A model generated the notes under the pieces. That model was given only the letters and a program-made list of their open reading frames with translations, ran no database searches and was not told where the DNA came from. The position numbers were made by a program, and so were the translations under genes. A stretch of DNA of 64,000 nucleotides from Octopus bimaculoides (lineage: Eukaryota), in assembly GCF_001194135.2 (NCBI RefSeq), contig NC_068985.1, forward strand, positions 104,770,529 through 104,834,528, given 5' to 3'. Every line of letters starts with the position of its first letter. The first letter of the stretch is position 1. Shown here one piece after another: positions 11,672 to 25,179 of this stretch.

Positions 11672-14634
11672 ACAGATACTGCAAAACTTAATTCTGTTGA
11701 TAATGAATCTACACAGAATATGATGTAAATGCTATTATACTTTTTATATAGACTACAGGATTAAAAGGAAAATTTAGTTTCTTCTCAAAATATTTCCTCT
11801 GGAGTTTATTGATATTCTTATCATGAATCAGTAAAAGAAAAGAAACTTAGTTTGAATTTGAAATATAAGCAATACCTTTTTCCTTTAATAAGCATTCAAC
11901 TTTAGCTTCACTGCGAAAATTAAATAAAGTGCTTACATCCCAGCTTTTATCTTTCTATAGCAAGAGAAAATGGGATCAATCTTAGTTTCTAATCTTATTA
12001 GATCTTCTTCAGAGAAACAATACCCATTTTCTGTTTACAGAGAAATTAATAGCTTCTAGCTGTATATAAATTAGGATACATCTAAACCGGCCAATCTAAT
12101 TTGTATAACAGTACATGCACTAATATCATGGATTAATTCATTCATAGTGCACTACACAGTCTTTTTGGATAATTTGAAATGTAAGATGTGTGCTTTCTTT
12201 TTTAATAAACATAAAACTTGTAATGTAACTCATTTATACTTAGGCTAAAACCATATCATTAATTAATAAAAAGATACACCTCACATTTGAAATTACCCCC
12301 AAACTTCTATCTGGTGCACTAGTGCACTATGAATGAATGAAATGACCCTTGTTGTCAGCCATATGCAAATTATAGTAACTAACTTAGCTGGAACCTAGTT
12401 TGCATAGACTACAAATAGCAGTATGCTACTCAAGACCCATGAATAGAAGATATGTGTGCTTTCTCTGATAAAGATCTAAGAAGACTAGAAGCTAATCAAA
12501 TTGCTTTCACTTTTCCTTCATCAAGGTTAACTCTATATGTTTATTAAGAATTATTTTAAATTATCTTTTAAAAAAATCTGTGTAGTGCACTGTGAATACC
12601 CTTATTTTTCATTTAAATTGTTTTTACTGATCTCAATGTTAAGGAAACTATCATTAAAAAAAAACCTTTTCATGTCTCTACCTACATATATTAGTTTACA
12701 CAACTCTGGTTTTATTTCTATAGATCTTCATTGATTAGGGGACAACATCCCTCTGTGTAGGCAGCTGGATACATTTTCATGTACCACCTCCCTCTTCACA
12801 AACAATCATGGATTTAAAATCATGATAGAGTAACCCTAACCCTGCTAATCATCAATACCTTGTCCAATAATCCCTATAAAAGGTACTAAGCACTTCCTCT
12901 TCTTCTTCAATCCAACAAAATTAAATGTAGTTCACACAATTGTTGAAACTAGAAGCAAAGAGCATTTATAAACACTTGTCATGTAAATGAATTTTTATAG
13001 GAAACATGTATTGATTAGTGATATTGCTCTGGAGTTAAACAACTTCACTTGCAACAAACCACACTATATACGTTTAAGTCTAGTAAATCAACCAGCAAAT
13101 ATTCCGTTGATGTTAATGCAACAGTCAAAGTTCATTAGAATTATACTTATTCAGAGAAACACTAATATATATAAAAATGCATGTACTTTTTTTATTCTCT
13201 TGCCTATACATTGCATACTTTATCTACATATAATATATAATGTTTTGCTTTTTATATCTAATTTCAGCTTAAACTGCAAACAGCACATTTTAATACGGCA
13301 TGGCATTTTTTTTTTTTTTTGTGTGTGTTAACTCAGCAAATAAATGTTGGCTGTTTTGTTTGATAGCAATAAGAAATGAAATTAAGTAAAAATAATGAGT
13401 AATGACAGTAATTATTTTTAAAAAATTATAATTTCAGTAGTTCATATTCTCAGTAGTGCAAAATTTTAATATACCAGGACAGAGAAACAGAAAATATTCA
13501 GAAATATTCAGTGAAACTAGAAAACATTGCTGACCTAAGCAGTCATATCACTAGTATTGAAATAGAGGAAAAAGAAGTTAAACAGAGTGGGTGGAAAAGG
13601 AAATAAGGAAAGTGCAACTCTGGTATAAAAGTTTGAAATAGTAAGAGGATGAGAGAAAAAGAGCGAGAGAGAGAGAGAGAGAGAGAGAGAGGGCAGAGAA
13701 AAGAAAAACTGAACAAACACATATACAATATCAACATGGTGCATATAGAGAAAATATTCCTGAATAAACTGAAAGTTTTAAAACGTTATCCCAACAGAGA
13801 AACTCAGCAGAATTGTGAAACAAGAAAATCAAAAGTAAGACAGAAAGTTCTTCCAAATTACTGAAAAGATACTATGTTATAGATTGTTTAAAATTTGTTA
13901 ACATATTTCTATTGGAATACACTGTCCTTGAATCAGTTCATTTTGAAAAAAAAAACAAGTTTTGTTATTATTAAGTTGGTGCTTCAGGCAGTGAGTTGGC
14001 AGGAGGAGCATTAGCACACTGGACAAAATGATTAATGGCATTTCTTCCAGCTTTTCATTCTGAGTTCAAATTCTACTGAGATCAACTTTGCCTTTCATCC
14101 TTTTGGGGTCAATAAATTAAGTACCAGTGAAACATCGGGGTCAATGTAACCAACTAGTCCCCTTCCCCAAAATTTCAGGCCTTGTACCTTTAGTAGAAAA
14201 GATTACTATTGTAGTTGTTCTTGTTGACTAAAAAGAACCTAACAAGCTGTAATCTAATCATTCACTTCTCTACCAACTTTAGTCCCATACTTCTACCTGT
14301 CTCAGCAGAATCTCATATTTCCCAAATACATAGTTGCTTAAAACATTTAGCAGAGCATGATATCATAAGAAAACTTCAAAATCTGCAGCTGGCAGAAGCT
14401 TCATCAATAAAAATTATTTCATTCATATTTCCCCATTCATCACTTATCAAGTTTCATCTCAAAATTCCTTCTCAGCTTCATCAACACAGACACTAAAAGC
14501 AATGGCTACAACTAAGCTAAGATGTAGATTTTAAGCTTCTTGCAGCTTAAAACATCAGATAATTGAAACTTATGAGGATATCAATTTGTTTCTTATCAAG
14601 AAGAGATTGTGTGAGATGTAAATATTGTCAAGTA

Positions 14635-14869
14635 CAGTAATCCCTCGACTATCATGGGTGTTACATTTCAATACCTCCACAGAAATAATTAAAATCTAAA
14701 AAAATATAAATACCTAACGGCCGCAGAAACCCATGATATACTGAGGATTCTGCGATATAAATTTACATATATTAGCCAGAAAAATCCACAATGTACTGAG
14801 TGCGCAATAGGTGAACCGTGATGTACTGAGTGTGCGATAGGTGATCCGCGATATGGCAAGGGATTACTG
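14635..14869. mobile_element. Tigger/pogo-like MITE, 235 bp
   Basis: TA|CAGTAATCCCTCGACTATC ... GATATGGCAAGGGATTACTG|TA; internal ~30-bp tandem duplication near the right end. Confidence 0.85.
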
Positions 14870-15029
14870 TAATGTGTCATTTAATTTCATTTTAAAAACT
14901 CTAGACAAAATAAGAAACTTAAAAACTAAAAACAAAAAATACAAAGGTTAATGGAAGCCACAGTCAAAGTAACATGAATTAAAGTAAAACATAATAGACA
15001 ATCAGTGAAGTGAAAGAAATTCAAGAAGA

Positions 15030-15090
15030 TATATATTCATACAGCCAAATGAGAGCCAAGAGACAAACACACAGAAGCAAACAAGAGCCA

Positions 15091-15135
<45 letters not shown>

Positions 15136-15420
15136 AATGAGAGCCAAGAAAGAGGTACATATATAGAGGCAAATGAGAGCCATGAGAGAGAGAGAGAAAG
15201 AAAGAGAGAGGGACACAAACACAGCAGTAAACAAGAACTAGAAAAGACACATACACACATGTACAGACAATGGGATCTAGGAGACACACACACGCAAATG
15301 ATAGCACGGAGGCAGGCACACAGACAAATGGGAGCCCAGAGATACACAAACAGGGAAAATGGGAGCCAAGAAATAAGCACAAACAAACTGAAGCCATGAA
15401 ACAAATACACAGGCAATGGC
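15030..15420. repeat. Degenerate ~30-bp minisatellite with embedded (CA)n and (GA)n
   Basis: Roughly ten recurrences of caaatg(a/g)gagcc(a)ag separated by CA/GA-rich spacers. Confidence 0.7.
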
Positions 15421-17771
15421 AGCAAGCAGCCATTATGTAACAAGGTAAGAGGAGTAGAAGACAGATGACAAAAGGGAACAAGACTGGGAACAAAATCTTG
15501 ATTGAAATTTGACCATTTTGGTACCAACACACCTGAGACTGCCCTTCAGGGATCTAAAACCTTTCCATCAACATTTCATCCTAATTTATGTTTCAAACAC
15601 CAGCTTCGTTATGATAAAGCTATTATACAAAATTCCTCTTTATTTTCAAAATTAATTGAAACAGTGTATTTCAGTAGAAATATAACAAAAGGGTTATGCA
15701 CATTTGAGTGAAGTTTATCAAAATAAATAAAAGGCTTGTCTAGATTTATTTTCACAAGGTAAGTAGCAAAGATTTCAATGAAAACATAAATCCTCAATAT
15801 CGTTTTTTTTTTTCTCCCCCAAGAATGATAGAAAGTTATGGATTTGAATGACAACCTTATGGCATTTTTAAAATATTTATCACAAAAAGAGTACAATGGG
15901 AAACAAGGACCTGTCAAAGAAAAAGAAGAGAAGTGAAATTTTAAACAGATACTTCAACAGAAGCTTTCAGAAACACAACACCAGCTAGATAATTCTTCAA
16001 TATTAAGATAACATTACTGTTACAAAATCTGTCCAACCATTAATCATTCCAGAAGCTTCTTGGTATCAATGACAAGTAATTTATTATTAAGAACCTAACA
16101 CAAGCAAATTTAATGCATAATAATAATCATAGCAATAACAACAACAACCACCAAAATCAATTTCTAAAACAGACCCAAATTCCTTGAAATCTGCATGTAG
16201 CATTATACTGAAAAACTTCTAAATTGGGTACATTAACAGGTTTAATCCTCCACAACTTGCACCAAATCCATTAAGTCTATTAACAAAAAGTAGAACTGAC
16301 TATTCAGAAAAGTAACTTCACACTTATCTCCAGCTATTAGTGTCATACGTAATATTCATAAAAAATGTACAATAATATATAAATTTTGCATAAACATTAT
16401 CAAATGTACACACCGTTGAGACCATGCACATATGTGTACACACACACACATACACACGAGAAAAATGGTATTGTTATTTATACTTACTACTTCAGTTCCT
16501 AAATCTGAGCATTACTACGAGTAGAATTTTCATAAAGTTTACAATGATTAGATGTTGCTATAACATCAACAAGGTGGGTATGAGAGGTTTTGGTAAAGCC
16601 ATTTTGATGCAGTCTAGTTGGCATCTCTGATTCGATGCTGACTTATTTGACATCAGACATTTTAATGTTACTCTCATTCCCTCCTGCTCTTTCTCTGTAT
16701 TTATGTGTGAGCACCAAGTTCTCTTTGTATGTATATGTCTCTTTCACTCTCTCTTCCTTCCCCTTTCTCACTCTATCGATCTATAAGTATATATTTCAGC
16801 ATACCTGTGTGTATGTGTTTCTTTTCATTACTAAAACAGGTGTGAAGGTGCATTCAGCCAAACCAAAATGTCAATACCCAAACAGTCACACCCATTTATT
16901 TCATTCCAAGTTTTGGAGTAGTAGGGAAGGATAATTTTACTGTGAACATATTAAATATTTGAAAATTTACTGCTACAAAAAGGACAACACACCAACAGAG
17001 GAAAAGTTTGGCCTCAAAGCCGCAACTGCGTATCCCAAATTGACATACATGCCTACATGCATGTATGCATGCATGTCATCACCATTGGCTTAATGTCCAC
17101 TTTTCCCTACTTACATAGTCAATTTTCTTTGGTTAGATGTCCTTCCTGTTGCCAACCCTTAACTGTTTCCTAGTAAGGTAATCTTTTTCCCTTGGCTAGA
17201 CATGCTTTCATGGAAGACCAGAAATGAATGATACCATTTGTATGATGGTGACTTCACAACTATAGCATCTGCCAATACAAGGAGACACAAGTGTACACAC
17301 ATGGCATGAAACTGTAATTATTCTTTAGATAATAACTGATGAGAATTGAGCATAACCATGCCATGTGTGTGAATTTTCTGTTTGTCCCTTTGTTGTACTT
17401 CTGTTTAATTTTTGAAACTTCTCTCTCTCGACAGACAGACAGACAAACTGATAAGGAAAATAAGACAAGGTAGAAAATGCTAAAATAATTTTATCATGAA
17501 GTACATTTTAGTACTGGTTTCCATCTTTTAAACTTTTTCAACTAAGAGTAAAATAAGAAAAACAATTAAACTGGAGAAAAAAATTATCAAGTGAAATGTT
17601 TTGTAGATATTTCCATAGTCTTTAAATAGGTAAATATTTCATAGTCTTCAGATGTCTGTCTCTCTCTCTCTATTCTTTTGTGAATGCCTCATAGGTTGGT
17701 AGTAGTAAAGCTGAAGGAATAGTATGGGTACAGAGAATTGATGGTTTAAGCAGGAGCAACCGAGGGAGGAG

Positions 17772-18234
17772 NNNNNNNNNNNNNNNNNNNNNNNNNNNNN
17801 NNNNNNNNNNNNNNNNNNNNNNNNNNNNNNNNNNNNNNNNNNNNNNNNNNNNNNNNNNNNNNNNNNNNNNNNNNNNNNNNNNNNNNNNNNNNNNNNNNNN
17901 NNNNNNNNNNNNNNNNNNNNNNNNNNNNNNNNNNNNNNNNNNNNNNNNNNNNNNNNNNNNNNNNNNNNNNNNNNNNNNNNNNNNNNNNNNNNNNNNNNNN
18001 NNNNNNNNNNNNNNNNNNNNNNNNNNNNNNNNNNNNNNNNNNNNNNNNNNNNNNNNNNNNNNNNNNNNNNNNNNNNNNNNNNNNNNNNNNNNNNNNNNNN
18101 NNNNNNNNNNNNNNNNNNNNNNNNNNNNNNNNNNNNNNNNNNNNNNNNNNNNNNNNNNNNNNNNNNNNNNNNNNNNNNNNNNNNNNNNNNNNNNNNNNNN
18201 NNNNNNNNNNNNNNNNNNNNNNNNNNNNNNNNNN
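17772..18234. other. Assembly gap (largest); others near 9052, 24236, 26155, 33635, 42548-42678, 43417-43564 and 55663-55855
   Basis: Runs of N, mostly adjacent to microsatellites or repeats. Confidence 1.
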
Positions 18235-18271
<37 letters not shown>

Positions 18272-21267
18272 CATACATACACACACGATAGGCTTCTTTC
18301 AGTTTCTATCTACCAGATCTTAACCATGTAGTTTGGAAACAAACTTCTTAACCATACAGCCATGTTTGTACCATTATACATATAGAACAGATTCAAAACT
18401 ATTTTTAAAAAAGGTTGCATTTAGACATACACTAATTAATACAACTGGCTTTCACTCAGGTATATACCAGTTCAATTATCATTAATTTTCAGTTTAATAG
18501 TTGTTTACAAAAGAATGTTACTTGAGTAATACTGAACTTTTCATATCTACTTCATTCTATAAAACAGTTAGGGTGTACAGGAATTTAATGGTAGTTAATG
18601 ACCGTCAACTACGGCTACATACAGGTCAACTATGCATGAATAAATACAGTTTCAACCATTTGCACTAAAGAAATTAGCTTCTGCAAAATCCATGAAAGTT
18701 AAGGTTACTATTTCAGTAGTCTGCTGTTTGGGAATTTTAGCAGATGTCATCAGTGAAACAATTGACTGACACAATTTTTAGTATTAAAATGTAATCATTA
18801 GATAGGTGACAATAAGACATATTCAGAACAATAAATAAAACAAAGGTTGACTTCCATTATGTATGCATGTGAAACTTTTCTTTTTCTTTTTAACATTAAG
18901 ATTTAGGAATCTGATTGTTTGATAGATAAGAAATGATTAAAGAGGAAAATATTATGTATTTACCTGCATGATAATTAAAATATTTTAGTGGGTGGTTTAA
19001 TACTAAATTCACATTGTTAGTGGACTGATGAATATATTGCACGACTACACCATTACCTGGATCTTGAAATTCTTTAAAAGAGTCTACTCTGTTGCAAGGA
19101 CTTGGACCAGGCCTTCAGATTGAGAATAACTTCCTCTTAGCAGTCATGGAGGGCATGGAAAGATTCATGGGTGCACCCTTCACTCTGCTGACTAAGACAT
19201 TAAAAAAAAACAAAAAAACAACCAGATACTAAATTCTAAATCATCATCATCACTGTAATCATGATCCCACACATACAAATTTCCATGATGGCATCAGATA
19301 AACAGACAAAGTAACCTAAACAAGAAAGATGGCGTTAATAGCAGTATACCAAAAAGAATAATAATACAGTTATTTTGATTAATTTACTGAATATGACACC
19401 AAAAAACTTTCATGTATTGAAACAAAGGAGAAATGTTGCTGTTTCCAACTTCAATCACACCTGATTTGATATCAACTGTAAGCCTTGTCCAACATATGTG
19501 AACATATGTGAATGCTCAACACACTATACCTTTTTAGCAGGAAACCACTATAAAGTAAATATTAACTTGCCATAAACTGAACTGCTCACTGAAGGTATCT
19601 GACATACACTGCCGTAATTCTCTATTTCAACAAACAAGCAAACTCTAGAAGACCAAGAAAAACACACAAATACATATGTTACACATTGTTTGTTGTTGAC
19701 AGGGAAGTGACAAAAAATCTTTTATTTCTTACTAATCTAAGTATAGAGTATAGGAAATAAATATGATAGTGATAAATTCCATGGGAAATTAAACATACTG
19801 ACAAGCAGATCAAAGAAAAACAAGGTCATTAACCATATTGCAAACGATAGCTAAGTCACAGCTTTACAGTAGTGCACATGTCAAGCCGCTACCAATGATC
19901 CTTTACAGATCTTTTTTAACAGGAAAAAAGTAGTCGATTTAACACAAATCAGTATATCATGTTTACTTCATACATCTCAACAGCATAAATGCCAACACTG
20001 ATCTCTTCAGACTATTGAAAATAAGATTTTAAGATACTAAATCCTTTCTCACATTTCCCTCTACCCTTGTCACCATGACAAAAACCTTGAATTTGTTTCA
20101 AAGTTGAAGCAAATGAACCACTTTTTTGTGGCCGTTGCCAGTACCGCCTGACTGGCATTCGTGCCAGTGGCACGTAAAAGCACCCACTACACTCTCTGAG
20201 TGGTTGGCGTTAGGAAGGACATCCAGCTGTAGAAACTCTACCAAATCAGATTGGAGCCTGGTATAGCCATCTGGTTTCACCAGTCCTCAGTCAAATCATC
20301 CAACCCATGCTAGCATGGAAAGCGGACGTTAAACGACGATGATGATGATGAAGAGTACCCTTTGAAATGTCATAGATTCTATCCTCCACCAAGCCCAATC
20401 CATCACGCATATTTCCACACCTTCACCACACATTTGCTTGACCAATGTCTGGATTCCCTTATCCCTCACACTTCACCTTACAACTTAACAGCTTCAGTAC
20501 AGCATCCTTTGCAAATTGCACTTTCTGCTTATCAAACACCCACAACCACTCCTATCTTTCCTTGAGTTTTCATTTCCATCCTTCAAAAGGGGTAAAAGTC
20601 TATACAGCCTTCTAGAAAGTAACAGTATCCACTCCCCCAACTAATCATACCCAGCCAAGCACTTCCATGTGTTGCCAAAATCAATGCCTTATTTGTCCCT
20701 TCATTTCTCATAGATTTCCATACATATCCTCTAATTAGAGGAAAAATACACCTCACATTTCTGCCTATAAAGATGGGTCAACCAGCCTTGAAATATATCA
20801 GGATAAAACTCATTTATTTTCTGAGTGCAGAGAGAACAAAATGTATTAACAGTTGCTCTCTTCCTCTCTCAAGCAGGAGAGCATTATAAACTATAGTCTA
20901 ATTACTGTGGACTAAATTCATCTTAGATTTTCTGATACATATTATCTATGCATAAAATATTAATTTTTTAATAACACCACAAATTAGTCAGCTACTTCAG
21001 CTTCGTCCTGATTTATACTTGATTTAAATAGTGACTGTTATCAAATTCTCTTCATAAGTAGAAGGATGAAATGCACTTATCCTCTAAAGAATGGCCAACC
21101 AGCCTTGAAACATATCAGGACCATCTTTACTTTTTTGTGTGCAAAGACAATAAGAAGTATTTACATTTGATTACTTTCTATAGCATGGCTGTTATAAACT
21201 GCAGGCAAACAAGATTAAATTTAACTAAGATTTTCTAATACACATTGTGATTTCAATATCTATACAT

Positions 21268-21298
<31 letters not shown>

Positions 21299-21467
21299 TA
21301 TATACATGTAGAGAAAGAAAGAGAGAAAGGAGTGGAGGTAGGGTGCTGTAGTTTGCTTGAAGCATTACAGAACATGTAGAAAGTCAATGTGTTACAGAAG
21401 GATATAGCAATGCAGAGTGAATGTTGAATATCAGTAATCATAATTACAAAGATATTGAAATGTTGCA

Positions 21468-21861
21468 TTAGAAATATTTACTTGGTCCTGATGTTTTGAG
21501 TAAAATACCCCTTTACAAAGGCATTAAGTGAACAGAAACCTAGACTGGTAAGAGTTCTACAGGCCTGTAAGGCAATTTACCTAGAATGTCACTCTAATGT
21601 AAAACCTACAATTTGCTGGTCACTACAACCACCTTAGCTTGCTGAGCCACTATGGTCAAACCTCCAAGTCAAAAGAGTGCCATCTATCAATCAAACAGTG
21701 AACAAAAGGATGAAAAAAAATAGACACCCATTAGGTTGGTATGCTGATGAATTGTCATGACAACCTAATGGACTTGTAATTTATCTCTTTCTCTTGTTCT
21801 CTAAATGATTACATAAAGGTGTATTTTACTCAAAACATCAGAACCGAACAAGTATTTCTAA
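21468..21861. mobile_element. MITE-like element with ~48-bp inverted ends
   Basis: ttagaaatatttacttggtcctgatgttttgagtaaaatacccctttac versus taaaggtgtattttactcaaaacatcagaaccgaacaagtatttctaa. Confidence 0.6.
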
Positions 21862-24800
21862 GATAAAACTGCAATATCTTTGTTGATGGCGTTATTGATA
21901 TTTAATGTTCGATCTGCATTGCTACAGCCTTCTATAACACACCGATTTATATACATATACACACATACACATTAGCTTGCATTACATATAAGCTACAATG
22001 ACATGAATAACTTTGTACATTTTCCCAGCTAGATTGGTTGTTTTCCAACCAGTTCATCAATATGAATGATAACAATCTCTTTGTGAATCACTGATTAGAA
22101 ACCTGCTTTAAACAATCAGCAACCCTCAACAGCTAATAACAATTACTAACATTTACAAACAATATTTTTTATGTAAAACATTGACCTAAAGTCTATAGAA
22201 TTTTATTTATTTTTTTCTACTTATAAGTAGCTTTTTATTAAAAAAGGTAATGTATGACAAGGTAGCATTGTATATACATATATGCAAACATAAATGTGCA
22301 TTTTAAAAAAATATCAGGAATAACAGAGCAGTTTTCTGAGCAATTTTGCATACGAAGTTACCTGATAGATGTTCAACAGAATATTCAACAACCTAACCAC
22401 CTAAAAGTTTTAGTCACCTATTTTTAAAATACTCTAATTATTTTCTTTAGCTAATGGACAAATGCAATATGACAGCCAAATAGCATTTAGCAGAGAATCT
22501 TAATTTTGATACTACCAAATTAAAGATTAAGAATCTCAATAAATTGTAGTTTGTAATTACATTGATTTCTAATCAAACTCACTGTAAAAGTAATCCTATC
22601 AAGCAGCTCAGACCTAACACACATTTTTGCAGTTGTTTTTTTTCCTTTTTTTTAACCTGTTTTTCTATCAAATGAATTGCACTTCAATTCATATCTACTA
22701 ATATTCAATATATTTTAAGTTTAATTATTAAAATTTTTTTTTTTTTTAATCAAGCAGTATGTATGTTTGTGGGTGTCTGCATGCATGAATGCTTTCATCA
22801 GATATTACCTACAGAAACACTGCCAAGAACAATAAATAACCAAATAAATCAATTTTAAAAATTAAAAATAACAGGTTGAAAGTAATTCTAATACTCTCAT
22901 TAATAAAACTGTAAATACTAGTATCTAAACTTATTAATTTACAATTGATTTTTTTTTTTTTTTATATTTTTCCATATTAATTTCCATGCTAATAATATGA
23001 GAAGTTTATTTAACTTTTTTTTGTTCCCATATGTCTGTTGAAATACACTGCCTTTCTTTCAAATTAATTTTTAAAATAATGATGAGTTTAGTAAAATAAT
23101 TTTATCATTATGAAACAGGTGTTTGGAACATAAATTAATGTGGAATTTTAATGAAAGATTTTAATTTAGATCATTTTAAACAGGAAGTTTGTGTTTAGAA
23201 CAAGATGTGGCCTTAGATGGGTTGGTAACAAAAGGGTTAATACTGTCATATTAAACACGCCAGTTATTTTTCTAGGTTATCATTATGAATACCATACATG
23301 TCAGTGTATATATGATGGACTCTTAACCTTAAAAAAGAAAAGAAACACAAGAGATCATCTTACACATAAGTATAAAATCTGAACCTAAACATCATGTGAT
23401 TTAGTGGATCCCAACACCAATAGTCTTAATTCTCAATATTTTCTATTGAAACTTAGAAGTAGGTTTGTGAAACTAGAATAGTAATACAGTTTGAAATAAG
23501 AATAATAAAAATGTTGTACAAGTCTATTAAACATAGCTTAAGATAACAGCACAGCAGCCTTAAGCTGACATACACCTGTTGGGTACATTTGACATATATT
23601 ATGGTAAGTAGCTAACATTCTTACCATTATTTAAAATGGACTGCCTAAATTTTGCTAACCAAGACTACTGTCACTTAGAAGTGTACTAAACAGCATCAGT
23701 CCACAGTTTTAATAACTATTATAGATAACAATTGTTGATTTTGCTTCAGTGTATACTAAAACATACCTAAAAAAAAAACTCGTTAGTATCTATCTTGGGA
23801 AAACTTCTCAAACACTGAACCAAAACCAACACTTATTGTGAAATACTGTTAGATAGTTTATACAGCAAGTATAGCTCGAAACTACATTTTAAATAGAATT
23901 TCAGTAAGTATTCTTTCATACATAGTCACCTTATACACTGGCATTTATGATCTAGTGAGTACCACTTCAAGTTTTAACTCTGTAAAGCTCAAGTTGTTCA
24001 CAAAATTCATATTTGTCTTTGGTCATTTGAGGAATTTCCTTATATATATATTTCTCTAATTAACAATCATTTATCTAAAAGATACCTTTTGGTCTCCATT
24101 TCTTCAAAACATTCATTCAGCACATACTGATTCTTTTGCTTCTTAAAAAAATATGTTTGTCATATATGGTATTAATACAGAGTCCAAAAGCATTTTCCCT
24201 TTCTCCCCTGAAATATATCAACTTTATCTTTATAGNNNNNNNNNNATATATATATAAATCTCATGCCAGTATATCTACACATTCATCTCTCTCTCTCTCT
24301 CTGTATGCACTATGTTTGACAATTATAATCACAAATGGTGATTTAACACTGTACGGGAGGCCATTAGAAAACGACCAAATTGATAGGAAAAAGGAAACTG
24401 GACTTGTGTGAACATCATTTTCAAAAACATCTAACAAGCATGACAAAAATCTCCATAGAAACTGTTTTTCTTTTAAGTGGAAAAGAAAAAAAATCACTTC
24501 AAAGGTAGCTATTTTTATAATTTAGTTTTGGTTATCTAAAGAAGACAAAGTCTTCTATCATTTTAATAACTAAATTCCAGGATGTTAAAAGTTTCCAGAA
24601 AGATGAAGTTTTTAAAATTTAACTCGATATAATATGAAAATAATTTGTGATCACAAAATTAGATTGAAAATTATGAAATACAGATATAGGCTGGGCTGCA
24701 GCTATGATTTGAGGTTCAGTAATCATCAACATTATCACCTGGGCCATCTTAACAGTATTATAAGCCCTTGGGAAAATCAGAGCACTGGACTTTATAGTAT

Positions 24801-25080
24801 TTGTTTATTGATAAGCCACAACATAGATCAAAATTGGGTCCCTACACACATGAAGCTCCCAGGCAAATCAGTGCACTGGGCCTTATAGTATTTATTTATT
24901 TATTTATTGACAACAAGCGAAAACATACAGAGATAAGAACTGGGCCTCCAGACTTGTGAGGCCTCTGGGCAACTAGCCAAAGTGCCCATGCCTTAAGATA
25001 ACAATACATGTCAGAGCAAGTGTCTCCTACTTATATAGCCTTCAAAGAGAATTTATTGATACAATTGTATTGCATAATGT

Positions 25081-25178
25081 GTGGAGGCATGCAATGCCCC
25101 AATGGTTAGGGCAGTGGACTCGTGGTCAAAGGATTGCGGTTTCAATTCCCAGACCAGGCATTTTGAGTGTTTATTCAA
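25081..25178 (+). mobile_element. SINE family B head only, fused to the mariner
   Basis: gtggaggcatgcaatgccccaatggttagggcagtggactcgtgg...gagtgtttatt matches the first ~100 nt of family B, with CpG-type decay. Confidence 0.85.
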
Positions 25179-25179
25179 T

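Noticed and set aside
12178-12597. Pair of H/ACA snoRNAs ending gaaagcacACAnnn on the minus strand
   Set aside because: Length and ACA position fit, but the interiors are AT-rich, unconserved between copies, and lack two hairpins and an H box. Kept only as a motif finding.
15609-15917. 102-aa minus-strand ORF behind a strong pyrimidine tract and AG at 15912
   Set aside because: No good donor, composition like the AT-rich background, includes an A-run, and no recognisable motif; cannot be supported as an exon.
17648-18286. ORFs of 178-212 aa containing X
   Set aside because: They read through N-gaps; likewise 43359-43634 and 55648-55863.
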